A stretch of 57,667 nucleotides of DNA, counting the filler, from Dimargaris cristalligena (lineage: Eukaryota): assembly GCA_003614675.1 (NCBI GenBank). It is 2 parts of 2 records of this genome, joined end to end, with 100 filler letters (N's around TTAATTAATTAA, not from the genome) between each part and the next. Parts side by side here need not be neighbours in the genome. Positions count along the whole stretch, not along the records: positions 1 to 28,796 come from ML002494.1; 1 more part is not named here. One strand, 5' to 3'. Both the position numbers and the translations under genes were made by a program. Of the stretch, positions 11,976 through 23,138 are shown in pieces. The first letter of the stretch is position 1; every line of letters starts with the position of its first letter. The notes beneath the pieces were generated by a model. That model was not told where the DNA came from, made no database searches, and saw nothing but the letters and a program-made list of their open reading frames with translations.

Positions 11976-12099
11976 GGGAGAGGTTCAACCAAGCTGTATA
12001 ACGAAAAATCCGTTTGATGAAGTGAATATTACTGGTTGAAAATAAATCTCCCATACAGTTATCATTTAAAACCTTATACAGCTGGGCCGCATTTCACCC
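11976..12099 (+). mobile_element. MITE-like element, copy 3 (124 bp, internal deletion)
   Basis: Same TIRs as copy 1, with ATAT at 11972-11975 and 12100-12103. Confidence 0.85.
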
Positions 12100-13375
12100 A
12101 TATGTACATTAGCTTTGTAGTAGGTAATTGCAACGCCCCGAATCCCGTAAACTCCAACTACAACAGCTTAATATGCGCCCAGGCAGTGCTAGTAATAGGG
12201 TGATTTACCGCTGACCCATACGTCTAGTGTATGCTTAGCAGTGCGCAGTTTTATCTGGACCCTGCCATACAATGGAGGCAGTTAGGGATGATTAACGGGT
12301 CCCCGATGCCATCGGCTGATCCTGGCCTTTGTTTAAATCATCTTTATATATACGAATCCGCCCTATAAATTGGAGAGGTTGAATGGGCCGGGCTTGTCGA
12401 ATAAGTGACAATCATTTTTGGTATACCTGCAGCTTGGCTGCTTTTGGTTTGGGTGTAGTCGGGAGAACGACGGCGGCCCAATGTTAACCTAGTGGAAAAT
12501 CCGAATTATAGGCCTGGTAGGTAAGCGAGCCCCAGTGCATCCTAAGGCTGGTTGTAAAATAATGCCGACCCCAGCATCTAGATGAGGCTGACTGAACTAT
12601 TTTTCGGATGGCTCTATTATCACCTTTACCCTCTTGTATGGCCAACGCTGGTGACCACCTGCCTATATACTATTAGTTGATGTGGAAGCATTAGAGGGGG
12701 GATGTTTGAAGAAGACTGTAATAGACTGAAGATGGGACTATAATGGGGGCCTGCTCATTTCAATGGTAATGACAATATAGCCTTGTCATCCGTTCTCGCT
12801 CTCATGAATCACTATGGCACGGCTGAATTCTATTTCTCCGAACTAATAGCCCCATTGAGGGGGAGCTCCACATACCAAAAATAATATCGGGCGAAATTGT
12901 CGCTAAACAGCCGCTGTCTGGTATGTGGGGATCAACCAATAATTCAATGGCGTCCGCTTTAAAGGGTCCATTATTTTACTATCCGCCTCGTTAATCTCTT
13001 TTTAATTATCAGCGCCTCCTCCCCAGTTTACTTAGAAGGCTTTAAACCGAGCTAAACCCAATGGATCGCCTGCGTAGATGATCGTCGATGGGCAAGTTTA
13101 ACGCCATTATATCCAAATCATTCATTTAATTCTAATAGTCAAGGTGGCCTTGACAATCTCTATTAAGACCACATTGGAAAGTGAACTATTTTAGAGCCGG
13201 GGGTTAGGTATCGTGCAGCGTAGACACCTACCGTATCCACTGCCCATTGGATATACTGCCCTATGGCTATTTTTCTAACTACCAGACGACCCCCGTCCCC
13301 ATCCCTTGAGGATTCTCGGGAGAGTACATTGAACCTTTACGTTATTGCTTAACCCAAGGCCCGTGAACCTGAGCC

Positions 13376-13384
13376 TATATAAAT
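13376..13384 (+). promoter_or_regulatory. TATA box candidate
   Basis: TATATAAAT followed by a CT/CA-rich leader, about 190 bp before the ATG at 13569. Confidence 0.5.
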
Positions 13385-13568
13385 AGCATCGCACACTCCC
13401 CACCATTATATCTGGCATCATACAATCCTTACCTTCATTTACACATTTACAGCTCACATCCACATTCACATCCTCTTCACCTTTCATCTCATACATTTGG
13501 CTACCAATAGTGCCTTCTCTTACCAGTTTCCCTTATCTACTGGTCCATTTCCTCTATTTTGTACTACC

Positions 13569-13898
13569 ATGTACCTTACCAAGTCTACCGTCACCTTATT
13601 CGCCTTGGCCAGTGTGGCCTGTATCCTAACCAATGCCAGTGCGACTTTGCCCTACGGCCTCGGAAGCGTTCATCCCCAGGTTAATTATCTTCACCGCCGT
13701 TCCGTCCTAAATTCCGATGGTACCAGAACATTGTTGAGTCGTCCTTCCACCACAACCATTAAGCCCTACCCTCCTGTAAAAGTTGGGCCAATGAATCGGC
13801 TTTTACCCACGAGAAATCCTGGGGCTAGTTCCCGCCCTGGCCTAGGCGGGCTATCCAACAAGCCTCCAATGAAAACGACCGCAGCCGCTAAGAAATAA
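13569..13898 (+). CDS. Small secreted basic protein, 109 aa, unknown function
   Basis: Signal peptide MYLTKSTVTLFALASVACILTNASA, Kex2-like LHRR site, Pro/Arg/Lys-rich mature part, upstream TATA box. Confidence 0.65.
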   Translation: MYLTKSTVTLFALASVACILTNASATLPYGLGSVHPQVNYLHRRSVLNSDGTRTLLSRPSTTTIKPYPPVKVGPMNRLLPTRNPGASSRPGLGGLSNKPPMKTTAAAKK

Positions 13899-15512
13899 GT
13901 GCCCCCGCTTACCGAGGCCATATCTCGAGCCACACTTGTCTCATGTTTCAGACATCAGTTTGTATTATTACGATAGCCTACACCTATATCTAACTCAATA
14001 AAACTAACTGTAAACATCTACTATGTCATTGGTGGGTCTTTCATTATTTCATTATTCTATGAAACAATGCCAGGAAGACCTTTACGTGTGCTCCCTATTT
14101 TATTATTCCTACATTATTTGGTGTATATTTATATTGCCATTGTAGTGGCAGTTAAAAATATCCCCCCTTTTTCCAGATTTAACCCATAATGTTCTTGTGT
14201 AGAGTGGTATTTGCAATACATACTTGGTGTGCAGAATAGTCTGTGCCATTACATCCGGTCCTTTTTGTGCCGCAATACCTTTCCTAGGATAATACCCGGC
14301 TCCAGGATGGCCAACTAGCTGAATCTCGGACAACATTTAATGGACTCCACCACCACACCCCATTATTGATGCAGAGACTAATCTGGTTCCCAGCAGATAC
14401 TTTCAGAAACCAACAAATTCCAACCAATGCTGCCATTACTACCCCCTCCCTTGCCAATGACCCCCCAGTCTTTTCCTAATGTACCAATTCCCCTATAGTC
14501 CATCCCTGACTCATTTCTTAGCTTACATCTATATGGCTGACCTCAATAATCCCTTTTACAGGCACCTCCAGTTAACACATACTAAGGGTCTCATTTATTA
14601 TTATCATACACTCTGTGTTCCATACTAATGGCTACCAGTTAAAAACAACCTCCGACGCTGTGCTTCTAGGAGGCCTGTCCACAGGGACTGGTTCAGTAAT
14701 AGAGTGGCTAACTACCGCGGCATTATTAAACTGCCACAGACAGGCAAGAGGTGGATATTTTCGATACAAATAGCTGGTTGGTATTAGAAGTACCATAGTG
14801 GCTGTCAAGAAATAGAGGAGCCCATACGAAAAGTACATACTTCCCTTATATTGCTTGGTACTGGGAAAGATATAGGTGGTGGACTCCCCCACCCGGTTTG
14901 CAAAGAATCCCCCCCCCCTCTCATACATGAACTGGATAGAAATGTCCTAGGAAGGCGAATCAATAATTAGAGTAGGGGTGGTCGGCAGGGTTCCCATTAT
15001 GGCTAAACTAGATCAATAAAGCAATCACTATAGCTGAAGCTCGTAGAACAGAGGGGCCTAAACACTGCCTAAATATTACTACTAATCCACACCTCCCGAG
15101 TGACCTTACTTCCATAGCCCCATCGCGCTTATCACTAGGAGAACATCATGCCAATTAATGAGTAAGGTTAAAAAAAATATTCGACGTTTTAATGAATAAT
15201 ACATGGGACTGATAAGTACCGCTACATTTCAAAACTAGTAGCGGGAATTAAAGAGGCGGGGGGGATTAGATCATTCAGCAACCCTCGTAAATGATATGGG
15301 TTGGGCTTGGGTGTATGTGAATGTGAATGGGGTGGGCGTGTAAGGGGGTGATATATACACCGAGTAGGTGATTAATGCCGAGAGAAGAGATATGAAAAGG
15401 GGGGCGTGCGGAGATGTAGCGGGTAACTCGATCATACGTTGAATGAAAAGATAGAGTAAAATAGTAAACCACAGTCATGCGTTAATGCTACTATTTAGAA
15501 TGAAGCATCTTC

Positions 15513-18500
15513 TCACCGGTTATGCGGGGCGGAGCTCACAGCCGCGTGGTTATGATTATGGCCCATGTAAGGTGACGAGGGATAGGCACCGGGCGGATAA
15601 GATGGTGGCGGCGGATGGCCGGGATGGTGGGTCTGCGAGCCCCCCATCATGGATTGGCTGTAGTTGGGGGCGTATGACGAGCCGTTGTGGGGGTGGATTG
15701 TCATATTGCCGTGGTGGGAGTGGCTTTGGCCCATGGGAGGTAGGCCTTGCTGGGCGTGGGACATGTGAGGGTATCCGGGGTGGGGGCTATGGTGGGTTGA
15801 GGATGGATGAGGCATATGGGAGGTGGGCATGGGGTGGTAGCCACCCGCGTTACTGATGGCTGGACTGGTAGCGCCCAGGTCGGCCGAATAGCGGGGGTTG
15901 CCCTGGGTGGGGCCCGAATATGGGGAGGGGTGAGACGGTGGGTACATTCCCGGCTGGGCGGTTTGCGGGTGGATGACGGGCGAGCGTCCGGGGCTGGCAT
16001 AGCTTCCAAGGGCTGACGCCGCCGGGTGGCCTAGGTCGTCGGGACCATTGGGCTTGTACATCCGGCCTGGGTGGGAGTGGTTGGGGGCCATGGGCTGAGG
16101 AGGCATAGGCATGCCCGATGGATGGGGGCCCGAGTAAAGTGCATTGGGGCCGCTCGTCGGAATCATCATGGGGGGCGCATAGGCACCCGACGCAGCCATA
16201 TAGTGGGGCTGGGGAGCGGGGGGATAGCCGACATGGCCCGGGGCCGGGCCGGTCTGCCCGGTCACGTAAGTAAGCGGGACGGCCATACCCATACCCATGG
16301 CCATGGCCTGGGGGTGTCCATTGGCGGAGCCCGTCTGCGGGGGAGGCCCGCCGTGGCCTTGAGCATGGTTAGCCATGTGGGGAGGCATGGGTGCGCCGAG
16401 GTAAGGGGGGGGATAGCCGGAATAGTTGGGGTAACCGTAGGGGTAGCCGTACGGAGCTCCGTGGTACATGTCCTCCTCGTAGGTGTGGTTGGTAACCGTA
16501 AATTGGTGCAGGAATGGTTTACTGCCAAAGGGCCAAGTAGGACCCACGGTCTTGGGAGTGGGGGAGGTGCGTCCGCCGTTGAAGAGTTCGGCAAAAGTGG
16601 CCTTCATATTCATCGGGCCACGAGAAATGGGGCGGTTACCGAAAAACGCCACAAAGGCCGGGTCCGTCGTGGGCAACTGTGACTGGGAGGGGGTAGTTGG
16701 CCCTTCAGTGGCTTTGGCAGCCGTGGCCGACCGGGGTTTAGGGACGAATGGAGTGGCCCCAGGGTTGGGTTTGAACGCAACCGCCTTTACATTCAGTTTA
16801 AAGCTGGAAGAGGCCGCTTTTGAGGCAGCCGATTCGGTCGAAGCCGAGGGGGCAGTAGCGTTCTCGGAGGTAGGGGCCGAGTCGGTAGTCGCCGTAGTGG
16901 TGGGTGTTGCGGTCGGGGCACTTACTACTGGAGCCGCTGGCTCGGCCTTCTCAGGCATCGGAGCCGGGGCAACAGGCTTTGTAGCAGTAGCAGTAGCAGT
17001 AGCAGTGGTCGAAGCCACGGGTTCGACTTTGGCGGGGGTCGGGGCACTCGGCTTCCCATCAGCCTTCTTCGAGTCTTCGCTCTTGGTACTGGGACTAGAC
17101 TGAGACGCGGTGCTGCTCTCAGGCGAGGACTTGGGCTTGCCCATAATAGGCAGGAGGTCCGTCGGCATGGGGGTGTTCAGCTTGAAGCTCTTACTGAATT
17201 GGATTAGCTCTGCCACGCGCCCGTCCTTTGCCTTTTTGAGGAAGGCCTGTTTAGTTTGCTGAAGGCGTTCCTTTTCGGTGCTTGCGAACTGGCGAAAAGT
17301 ACCTGCAAGCTCGTGCTCGATTGGCTTAGAGGAGCGTTCGATGGCCGACACGGGAATGTAGGAACCGTACCCGTCGTCGGCCTGGCGACCACTTTGCGAC
17401 TCTTTAGCCGCCAGCTGTTGGGCAATTTTGGGGGCCAGAATGTCCAAGGGGGAGGCACGTAGGCGATTATCGGGGTCAAGTGCGAATTTCTTAACAGCCT
17501 GGGACTTGGTGTCAATGGCCAGTCCAACCATCGGGGGCAGTTTACCCTTAAGCTTGGGCTTGGAGGGGGCTGTGACCACAGGGGCGGGGCCAGGAGCCGA
17601 TGGGGAAGCAGTAGTTGTCTCGCTCGGTTGTGGCTCCGATAGGGTGGCTGTATCCACCGATTCGGGAGAGGTGCCCCCAGGGGCGGCCAAGGCCTTGGCG
17701 GTGGGGATGGAGGTGGTGGTGTAAGACCGGTAGAGACCCGGAGGGGGGTTGGCAGTCAGCATAGCCGGGTCGAAGGCAGGCACCTCCCGGGAGGGCCCGG
17801 TTGAGGGTTTCGGCATAGACTTGGTCGACGTAGCGGAAGGAGTTGGTGACGGTTGCGGTTGCGGCTGCTGTTGGCCCCACTGGCGACGCAGTGCCGGAGG
17901 CATATATTTACCTGGTTTCGGGTCGCGAATCACAGCGCCGTAACGGTCTTCTTCGTCCATCTGATCTTCCTGGATTTCCTGGCCACGTTCCTCAGCGATA
18001 TGCACGTTATTAATAGGGGCCGTCATAATCTCTTGGGCAATTCGGGAGGCCTCCATTTCCCGCCGTTTAAAGTCCGGGTGGGAGCGGTCCAATTTGGTGG
18101 TGTAGATCTCTTCGTTGAAGTTAGTTTTTAAGCCAAACAGCTTCTCGTTGGCCGCGAACTGGTCCCAAGTGCCTTGGGACGGATTGTAGGCGTCCTCTAG
18201 GGTTTGCTGAAGATGACCATTGCCCGGAACCACGGGCTCGTCCATATCGCACCAGTCTCCACCAGTGGCCTGGTCCATATCGCTGAAGAATGAGGCACTC
18301 ATATCTTCGTGGTCGTCCGGGTTCCAGCGATGCAGTTCACGTTCCAAGTACTGCCCGGATTGTCCGCTAATGCCTGTGTCGGTCTTGAACCCCACCTTCT
18401 CATACTCGCGAGCCTTCTCCATGCCACCAAAGTCCACGCCGATAGCCGACAGGGACGCAAGGTCCTTGGACTGGATGATAAGGGTCGCCACAGGGCGGGC

Positions 18501-19001
18501 GGCCAGGACGGCCGTGGCGTCCGACCCAGAGCTGGGTGGGGTAGTTTCCTTGGCGTATTTCAGAACCACCCCCAGGCCGTCATCAACGGAGGTGGCCTGT
18601 AGAATACCCAAGAACTGCTTCCCATCCTTCAGAGTCACCTCAACCTGTAGACCGACCAGGTGAATGAGTGTATAGAGGAACTGCTGGTGAGCCAGTTGGG
18701 CCTCATTGCTGGAATTATCGGGTGCAGTGGCCACCGAAGGGTCCTTGGAACTCGGTCGGACCGCTCCGGCCGAAGCGTAGTTGAACGGATGTGGCGGATG
18801 GTGAGGGGACGACTGGTACTCGGGGCCCATGGGGGGGCGGGGAGGGCCGTAGCGGGGCGGGTAGGATGGACCGTTATGCTGGGGATAGCGACCGGGATGG
18901 GGACCCTGAGTGGAGGTGCCCCAACGGCCCGGTGGGCGATACGTACCGCCAGTGCCGCCACCGCGGCGCCCGCGGAAGGGCCGTCCGGACATTGACGCCA
19001 T
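15513..19001 (-). CDS. PBP1: Ataxin-2 / Pbp1 poly(A)-binding-protein-binding protein, 1162 aa
   Basis: LSm domain (LVGLQVEVTLKDGKQFLGIL), LsmAD (WDQFAANEKLFGLKTNFNEEIYTTKLDRS...AEERG...DEEDRYGAV), PAM2-like FKLNVKAVAFKPNPGATPFVP, and a Pro/His/Gly/Met low-complexity C-terminus. The final codons overlap a possible GTGAGA donor, so the 3' end is uncertain. Confidence 0.93.
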   Translation of the reverse strand: MASMSGRPFRGRRGGGTGGTYRPPGRWGTSTQGPHPGRYPQHNGPSYPPRYGPPRPPMGPEYQSSPHHPPHPFNYASAGAVRPSSKDPSVATAPDNSSNEAQLAHQQFLYTLIHLVGLQVEVTLKDGKQFLGILQATSVDDGLGVVLKYAKETTPPSSGSDATAVLAARPVATLIIQSKDLASLSAIGVDFGGMEKAREYEKVGFKTDTGISGQSGQYLERELHRWNPDDHEDMSASFFSDMDQATGGDWCDMDEPVVPGNGHLQQTLEDAYNPSQGTWDQFAANEKLFGLKTNFNEEIYTTKLDRSHPDFKRREMEASRIAQEIMTAPINNVHIAEERGQEIQEDQMDEEDRYGAVIRDPKPGKYMPPALRRQWGQQQPQPQPSPTPSATSTKSMPKPSTGPSREVPAFDPAMLTANPPPGLYRSYTTTSIPTAKALAAPGGTSPESVDTATLSEPQPSETTTASPSAPGPAPVVTAPSKPKLKGKLPPMVGLAIDTKSQAVKKFALDPDNRLRASPLDILAPKIAQQLAAKESQSGRQADDGYGSYIPVSAIERSSKPIEHELAGTFRQFASTEKERLQQTKQAFLKKAKDGRVAELIQFSKSFKLNTPMPTDLLPIMGKPKSSPESSTASQSSPSTKSEDSKKADGKPSAPTPAKVEPVASTTATATATATKPVAPAPMPEKAEPAAPVVSAPTATPTTTATTDSAPTSENATAPSASTESAASKAASSSFKLNVKAVAFKPNPGATPFVPKPRSATAAKATEGPTTPSQSQLPTTDPAFVAFFGNRPISRGPMNMKATFAELFNGGRTSPTPKTVGPTWPFGSKPFLHQFTVTNHTYEEDMYHGAPYGYPYGYPNYSGYPPPYLGAPMPPHMANHAQGHGGPPPQTGSANGHPQAMAMGMGMAVPLTYVTGQTGPAPGHVGYPPAPQPHYMAASGAYAPPMMIPTSGPNALYSGPHPSGMPMPPQPMAPNHSHPGRMYKPNGPDDLGHPAASALGSYASPGRSPVIHPQTAQPGMYPPSHPSPYSGPTQGNPRYSADLGATSPAISNAGGYHPMPTSHMPHPSSTHHSPHPGYPHMSHAQQGLPPMGQSHSHHGNMTIHPHNGSSYAPNYSQSMMGGSQTHHPGHPPPPSYPPGAYPSSPYMGHNHNHAAVSSAPHNR

Positions 19002-20507
19002 TTACAGGGGGGGTGGTAGTCAGAGAAGGTTGGAGGAGAACCACGGGATGGGGAAGGAAGTGGCGGGGCAACCGGTGAGATAACGGAAGGTTTATTCGTA
19101 AACGTTAAGGAGGCGAAGGGCTGGGAATAACCCACACTATACTACACTCGCTTGGGGACAGATGGGGAAGGAGGGAGAGGACTTGCTTTCTCAAGGCGAG
19201 GGATGAAGAAGGGGGCAGCAGCCTAAATAGAGAAAAGAAAGTATAGGAAAGGGAAGTAAGGTGAATCCACCGGCAACGAAAACCAAGGCTCAGCTAAAGA
19301 CCATCAACGAAAGAAGAGCGTATCCACGGCAATGTCGGGGATTGGAAAAGTATACAAATCAGCAACGAGGTGGTACCAGGAGATTGGGGTGGGCGGGCCA
19401 ATATCTATCTATGTATGTATGTATTGTATGTGGGTTGGTTGGCTTTGCCAGCGGCTGGCAGCATGGTTTCTATTATACTGCACTAGACGTGCGGGACGAG
19501 CAACTGGTATACCCTACCCTCGCTTATTGGCGAGTCACCATCGGAAGATGTACACGGCCTTCATACACCCAATCCTTCAGAATTGAAGCCTATTGATTAT
19601 CCCGTCTTTGACAGCGAAGCATCCCTTGGAGCTTCTGCAGTCCCCCCCTTTTAAGCCTAAGCTAGGCATTGCATAATAAGAGCGGAAGGTGTCAAAAACG
19701 AAGAACGAGCCGTTGAAACAAAGATGCCCATCTCTCAGAGTCGGCCATCCCGTGGCTTTCCTGACCCATTCACCTATTTTTTTGTGAGGTTGGCTTGTAG
19801 CGAGGGGGCCGGCTGAATGGACTTGCGGGGGAGCTGTGCTAAATCAGCCCACCGCTATCATCTTGGTAGGTTCGTCATCAATCACAGCCACCTCCATTCA
19901 CTAGATTATTTTCGGGATGAGCTATGCAGAACCAAGCTAACGGCAGATCCAGGGGGTCTTTGGAATAATCCCATGGGAAGGATGGCCGATGGAACTAATA
20001 TCGCCTAAGGAGGAGGTCCACCAAGTTGGATTGCCCCAAATTTAATTACTGAATCCATACCACTTTCTCGGATCGCCCTCACCGTCTAGCGGCACCTGCT
20101 CCACCAATCGAACTGCCTTCCGTTTCCATCCTGAAGGCGCGCCAAAGGGCAAGTTATCCATCTTGACCATGGATTCATGCAACGAACCAGTTCCTCGACC
20201 CACATAGAGTATTAGATGGAATCTCTTGCTTTTTTGTAGCCCAAACTCGGTCTTTGTGGTCGGATCGACGATACTCCCCATCCATTAGAAACACAACTTT
20301 TTAATTGCCTTTAGACCCACCGGAGCAATCAGGTAGTCGCATCAAAACATAAACCTTATTTCTGGGCAGTTGAACAGCTTATTTAAATAAATTATGGAGA
20401 CGCAGAGTGCCCGTGAATACAATTGCAAACCACCAAAACGATAAAAACGAACTGGCCCGCCCCCAGGCCATCGCGATAGTTTTACGGTCAATTGTGAAGC
20501 CGAAGCT

Positions 20508-21095
20508 TTAGAATGAAAATCCACCGACTCCAAAGCCGAATTCGCCATTGGGGCCTCCCATATCGGTGACCAACTCCGACTCGGCGCCGTACTCAAACGG
20601 ATCTACTCTATCTGCGGCATAGTCGGAATCATCATAGGCTGAATCGCGGTAGTGGCCCGAGTTACCATGGGCGTAGTGCCTATCACGGTAGCCGGCCGAG
20701 GAGCGATGCCTGCCGCTGGTAGGTTTCTTGACGGGGGCAGGCGGCCTGATATGGGACGGCCCATTCGTGGGGCGGACCGGAGCAGCGGCCTGGCTGGTAG
20801 TGGTTGCTGGTTTTTGGTGGGCAGGGGATTCAGAAGTGGGGACCGGCTTTGAAGAGGCCGGCGGGGTTGCAGTGGTGGTGTACCGGGTTGTAGTGGAGGG
20901 TCCGTCCATGGCCGAACTAGGCTGAGTGGGAGTCATTGTAGGACTGGGCGTCATGGGTGGGGGGTGGCCTGTGTCAGTGGGCTTAAGCAGGCTTTGGGTC
21001 GCCGTTGCGACGTCACGCTGATGCAGCTCCTGGGGACGAAGGGCCAGAGCGGGGGCGGCAGCCAGGGCCAATAGAGAAACGACGGTGGCGCGCAT
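20508..21095 (-). CDS. Secreted Thr/Pro/Ser-rich protein, 195 aa, unknown function
   Basis: Signal peptide MRATVVSLLALAAAPALA, mucin-like middle, and an acidic/aromatic C-terminus ending EFGFGVGGFSF. Confidence 0.7.
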   Translation of the reverse strand: MRATVVSLLALAAAPALALRPQELHQRDVATATQSLLKPTDTGHPPPMTPSPTMTPTQPSSAMDGPSTTTRYTTTATPPASSKPVPTSESPAHQKPATTTSQAAAPVRPTNGPSHIRPPAPVKKPTSGRHRSSAGYRDRHYAHGNSGHYRDSAYDDSDYAADRVDPFEYGAESELVTDMGGPNGEFGFGVGGFSF

Positions 21096-21864
21096 AATGA
21101 TTAGCATATACCCGGTAAAGCACGTGGGCTGATCCTGCAGATGTGTGAGGTGTAGGGGAAAGGGATAATGGATTAAGGGTGTAAAAGACCTTTCATGTAG
21201 GGTAGGAAACCCAGCCAATTTATACCAGGGAGGAGATGGTGGTACTAATTGAAACGCCGACTTGGATAATCGCTCAAAGAACAGGGCGAGTCTTGCCATA
21301 GTACAGAATTATAGAATTTTGGCGTAATTAAATATAGTGGAGTTTTGAATCAGCCAGGCCCCTGAAAATAGCCGAATTAAGGGTATATTCTTGGGATACT
21401 TGACTTTTCATAATCCTCATCTATCGGCCCCTGGTACCATCTGGGTATTGGCCGTGTGTAAGTACCGTACTCAAATGCTTTCGACGTGGGCCGTGCTATC
21501 TTGGGTATTTTGATTTAGCCTCGACCTGGCCCATCTGCATTTCCATATGTCCGATGCGCATGCCCTATTTCCGTCGTCAAAGTTTACCCCTGGATACAAT
21601 CTGTCCCCTTGATGCAGTTGGAATAGCGGACCAATACTTCCTCCATATCCCCACCTAAGATCATTAACTGAAACCGGAATTCGATAATCCAAAAATTTAT
21701 TGATACCCCTGCATTCCAACAAAGGTTCTAGGGCTTGCGAAAACATGATTCAGGTGCCCTCTAAGGACCCATTACCAAACTATAACATACTATGCACCAA
21801 TTTGTAAAATGATCTGGAGCCATATCAGCTCCCAATACACTATTTAATTAAATATTATTAATAG

Positions 21865-23138
21865 TTAACAATTCCCTGCCCATTTAACGACCTGGTAGGT
21901 CTCGATAGCCTGGCGCATATAGTCAGGAATAGGCCACTTCTTCCCTTCTCCGTAATTGTAACAGACCAATTCGCGCTTGGACTGAGCGGCCATCGACTGG
22001 GTTTTGCTAGATACCAATTGGCAGTCCATTGTGACTCGATCTTCCGCTATATCGATGATCCGGGCACCGATATATACCTTGTATTAGGGGGAATGGGGGA
22101 GATGGCGTATACAAATATTAGCTTTGCTTGGTAGAACATCCTAAAAAATAGGGCATCGAAGCCCTCCAAAATACAATCCTATAACCTAGTCAATCGGGAT
22201 CTTTTGGCCTGTATGGCCTACGCATTCAACAGTTAGGTGATGGATTTTAGTTTGCGCTCTTTATATATGCATCGGCTAGTACTTACATTATCCGGGAATT
22301 CAATGACTTGTTTATATTTGCAGTCCTGTACCTTGGCAATGATACCCACCCCCCGGGCTTGCCACAAGTCAAAGAAATCGCGCTCGGACATGTATTCTCC
22401 CAGCGAGGCAAAGTAGCTCATGTGCGCTGTTGAAAAGCATCGTTGCGCCAAAAAATATGGATTCCGGATACATTATAGCCGGGGATTAGTTAGCTGTCTA
22501 TATACCGATAGGAAGGGGTGGGGTACACGGTGGACTTACCTGATACAGCGACCCAATTACATATTAAATATATATTACCTGTTCAATTCAACATTTCATA
22601 TATGGCGATGCGGGTGACACCTCACTACAGAAATACAGACATATTTCTTACCTGTTTCAAAATAGCGGAGGTAGGATACGTTATTGAGGTGACCAAACGT
22701 ATCCTATATAAGCATCAATATATCCAAATAGTGGTTAGCCTATGCCACTAAACGGTTTTATAAAGAACACGACCAGGGGCACTTAGTCGGTGCTCAATGA
22801 AAGAAAAACTTAAAATTGTGAGTTATATGATATTCGGAATTGGTACTTACCTGTTCGCCCCATTGGACGGGTAGGTTGATAATCAACGGGTAGTCTTTTA
22901 ATAGGGCTTGGATTCTTTCGGGCATTTGGCCAGAATTACTCTGCTTTACCATCCAGGGCTGGTTAAAGAGGTGCTTCATGAAAATATCCTTCTTGCTCTC
23001 GGTGGAATAGGGCCGGTGAACGGAGGCTTGGGTAGAAAGAGAGTCCACGGTAGCTTGTCGAATTGTACGGCCACGGATGGGCAGGTGGATAGAAAGGGAC
23101 CGCGTGTCAGCCATTAGTCTACGTTGCATAGCGTTCAT
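21865..23138 (-). CDS. Hotdog-fold acyl-CoA thioesterase (4HBT-like), probably mitochondrial; exons 23138-22851, 22703-22652, 22426-22287, 22077-21865
   Basis: Spliced sequence reads PVQWGEQ|DTFGHLNNVSYLRYFET|AHMSYF...CKYKQVIEFPDN|VYIGARI...LVCYNYGEGKK. Exon phases are consistent and the N-terminus is Arg-rich. Confidence 0.85.
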
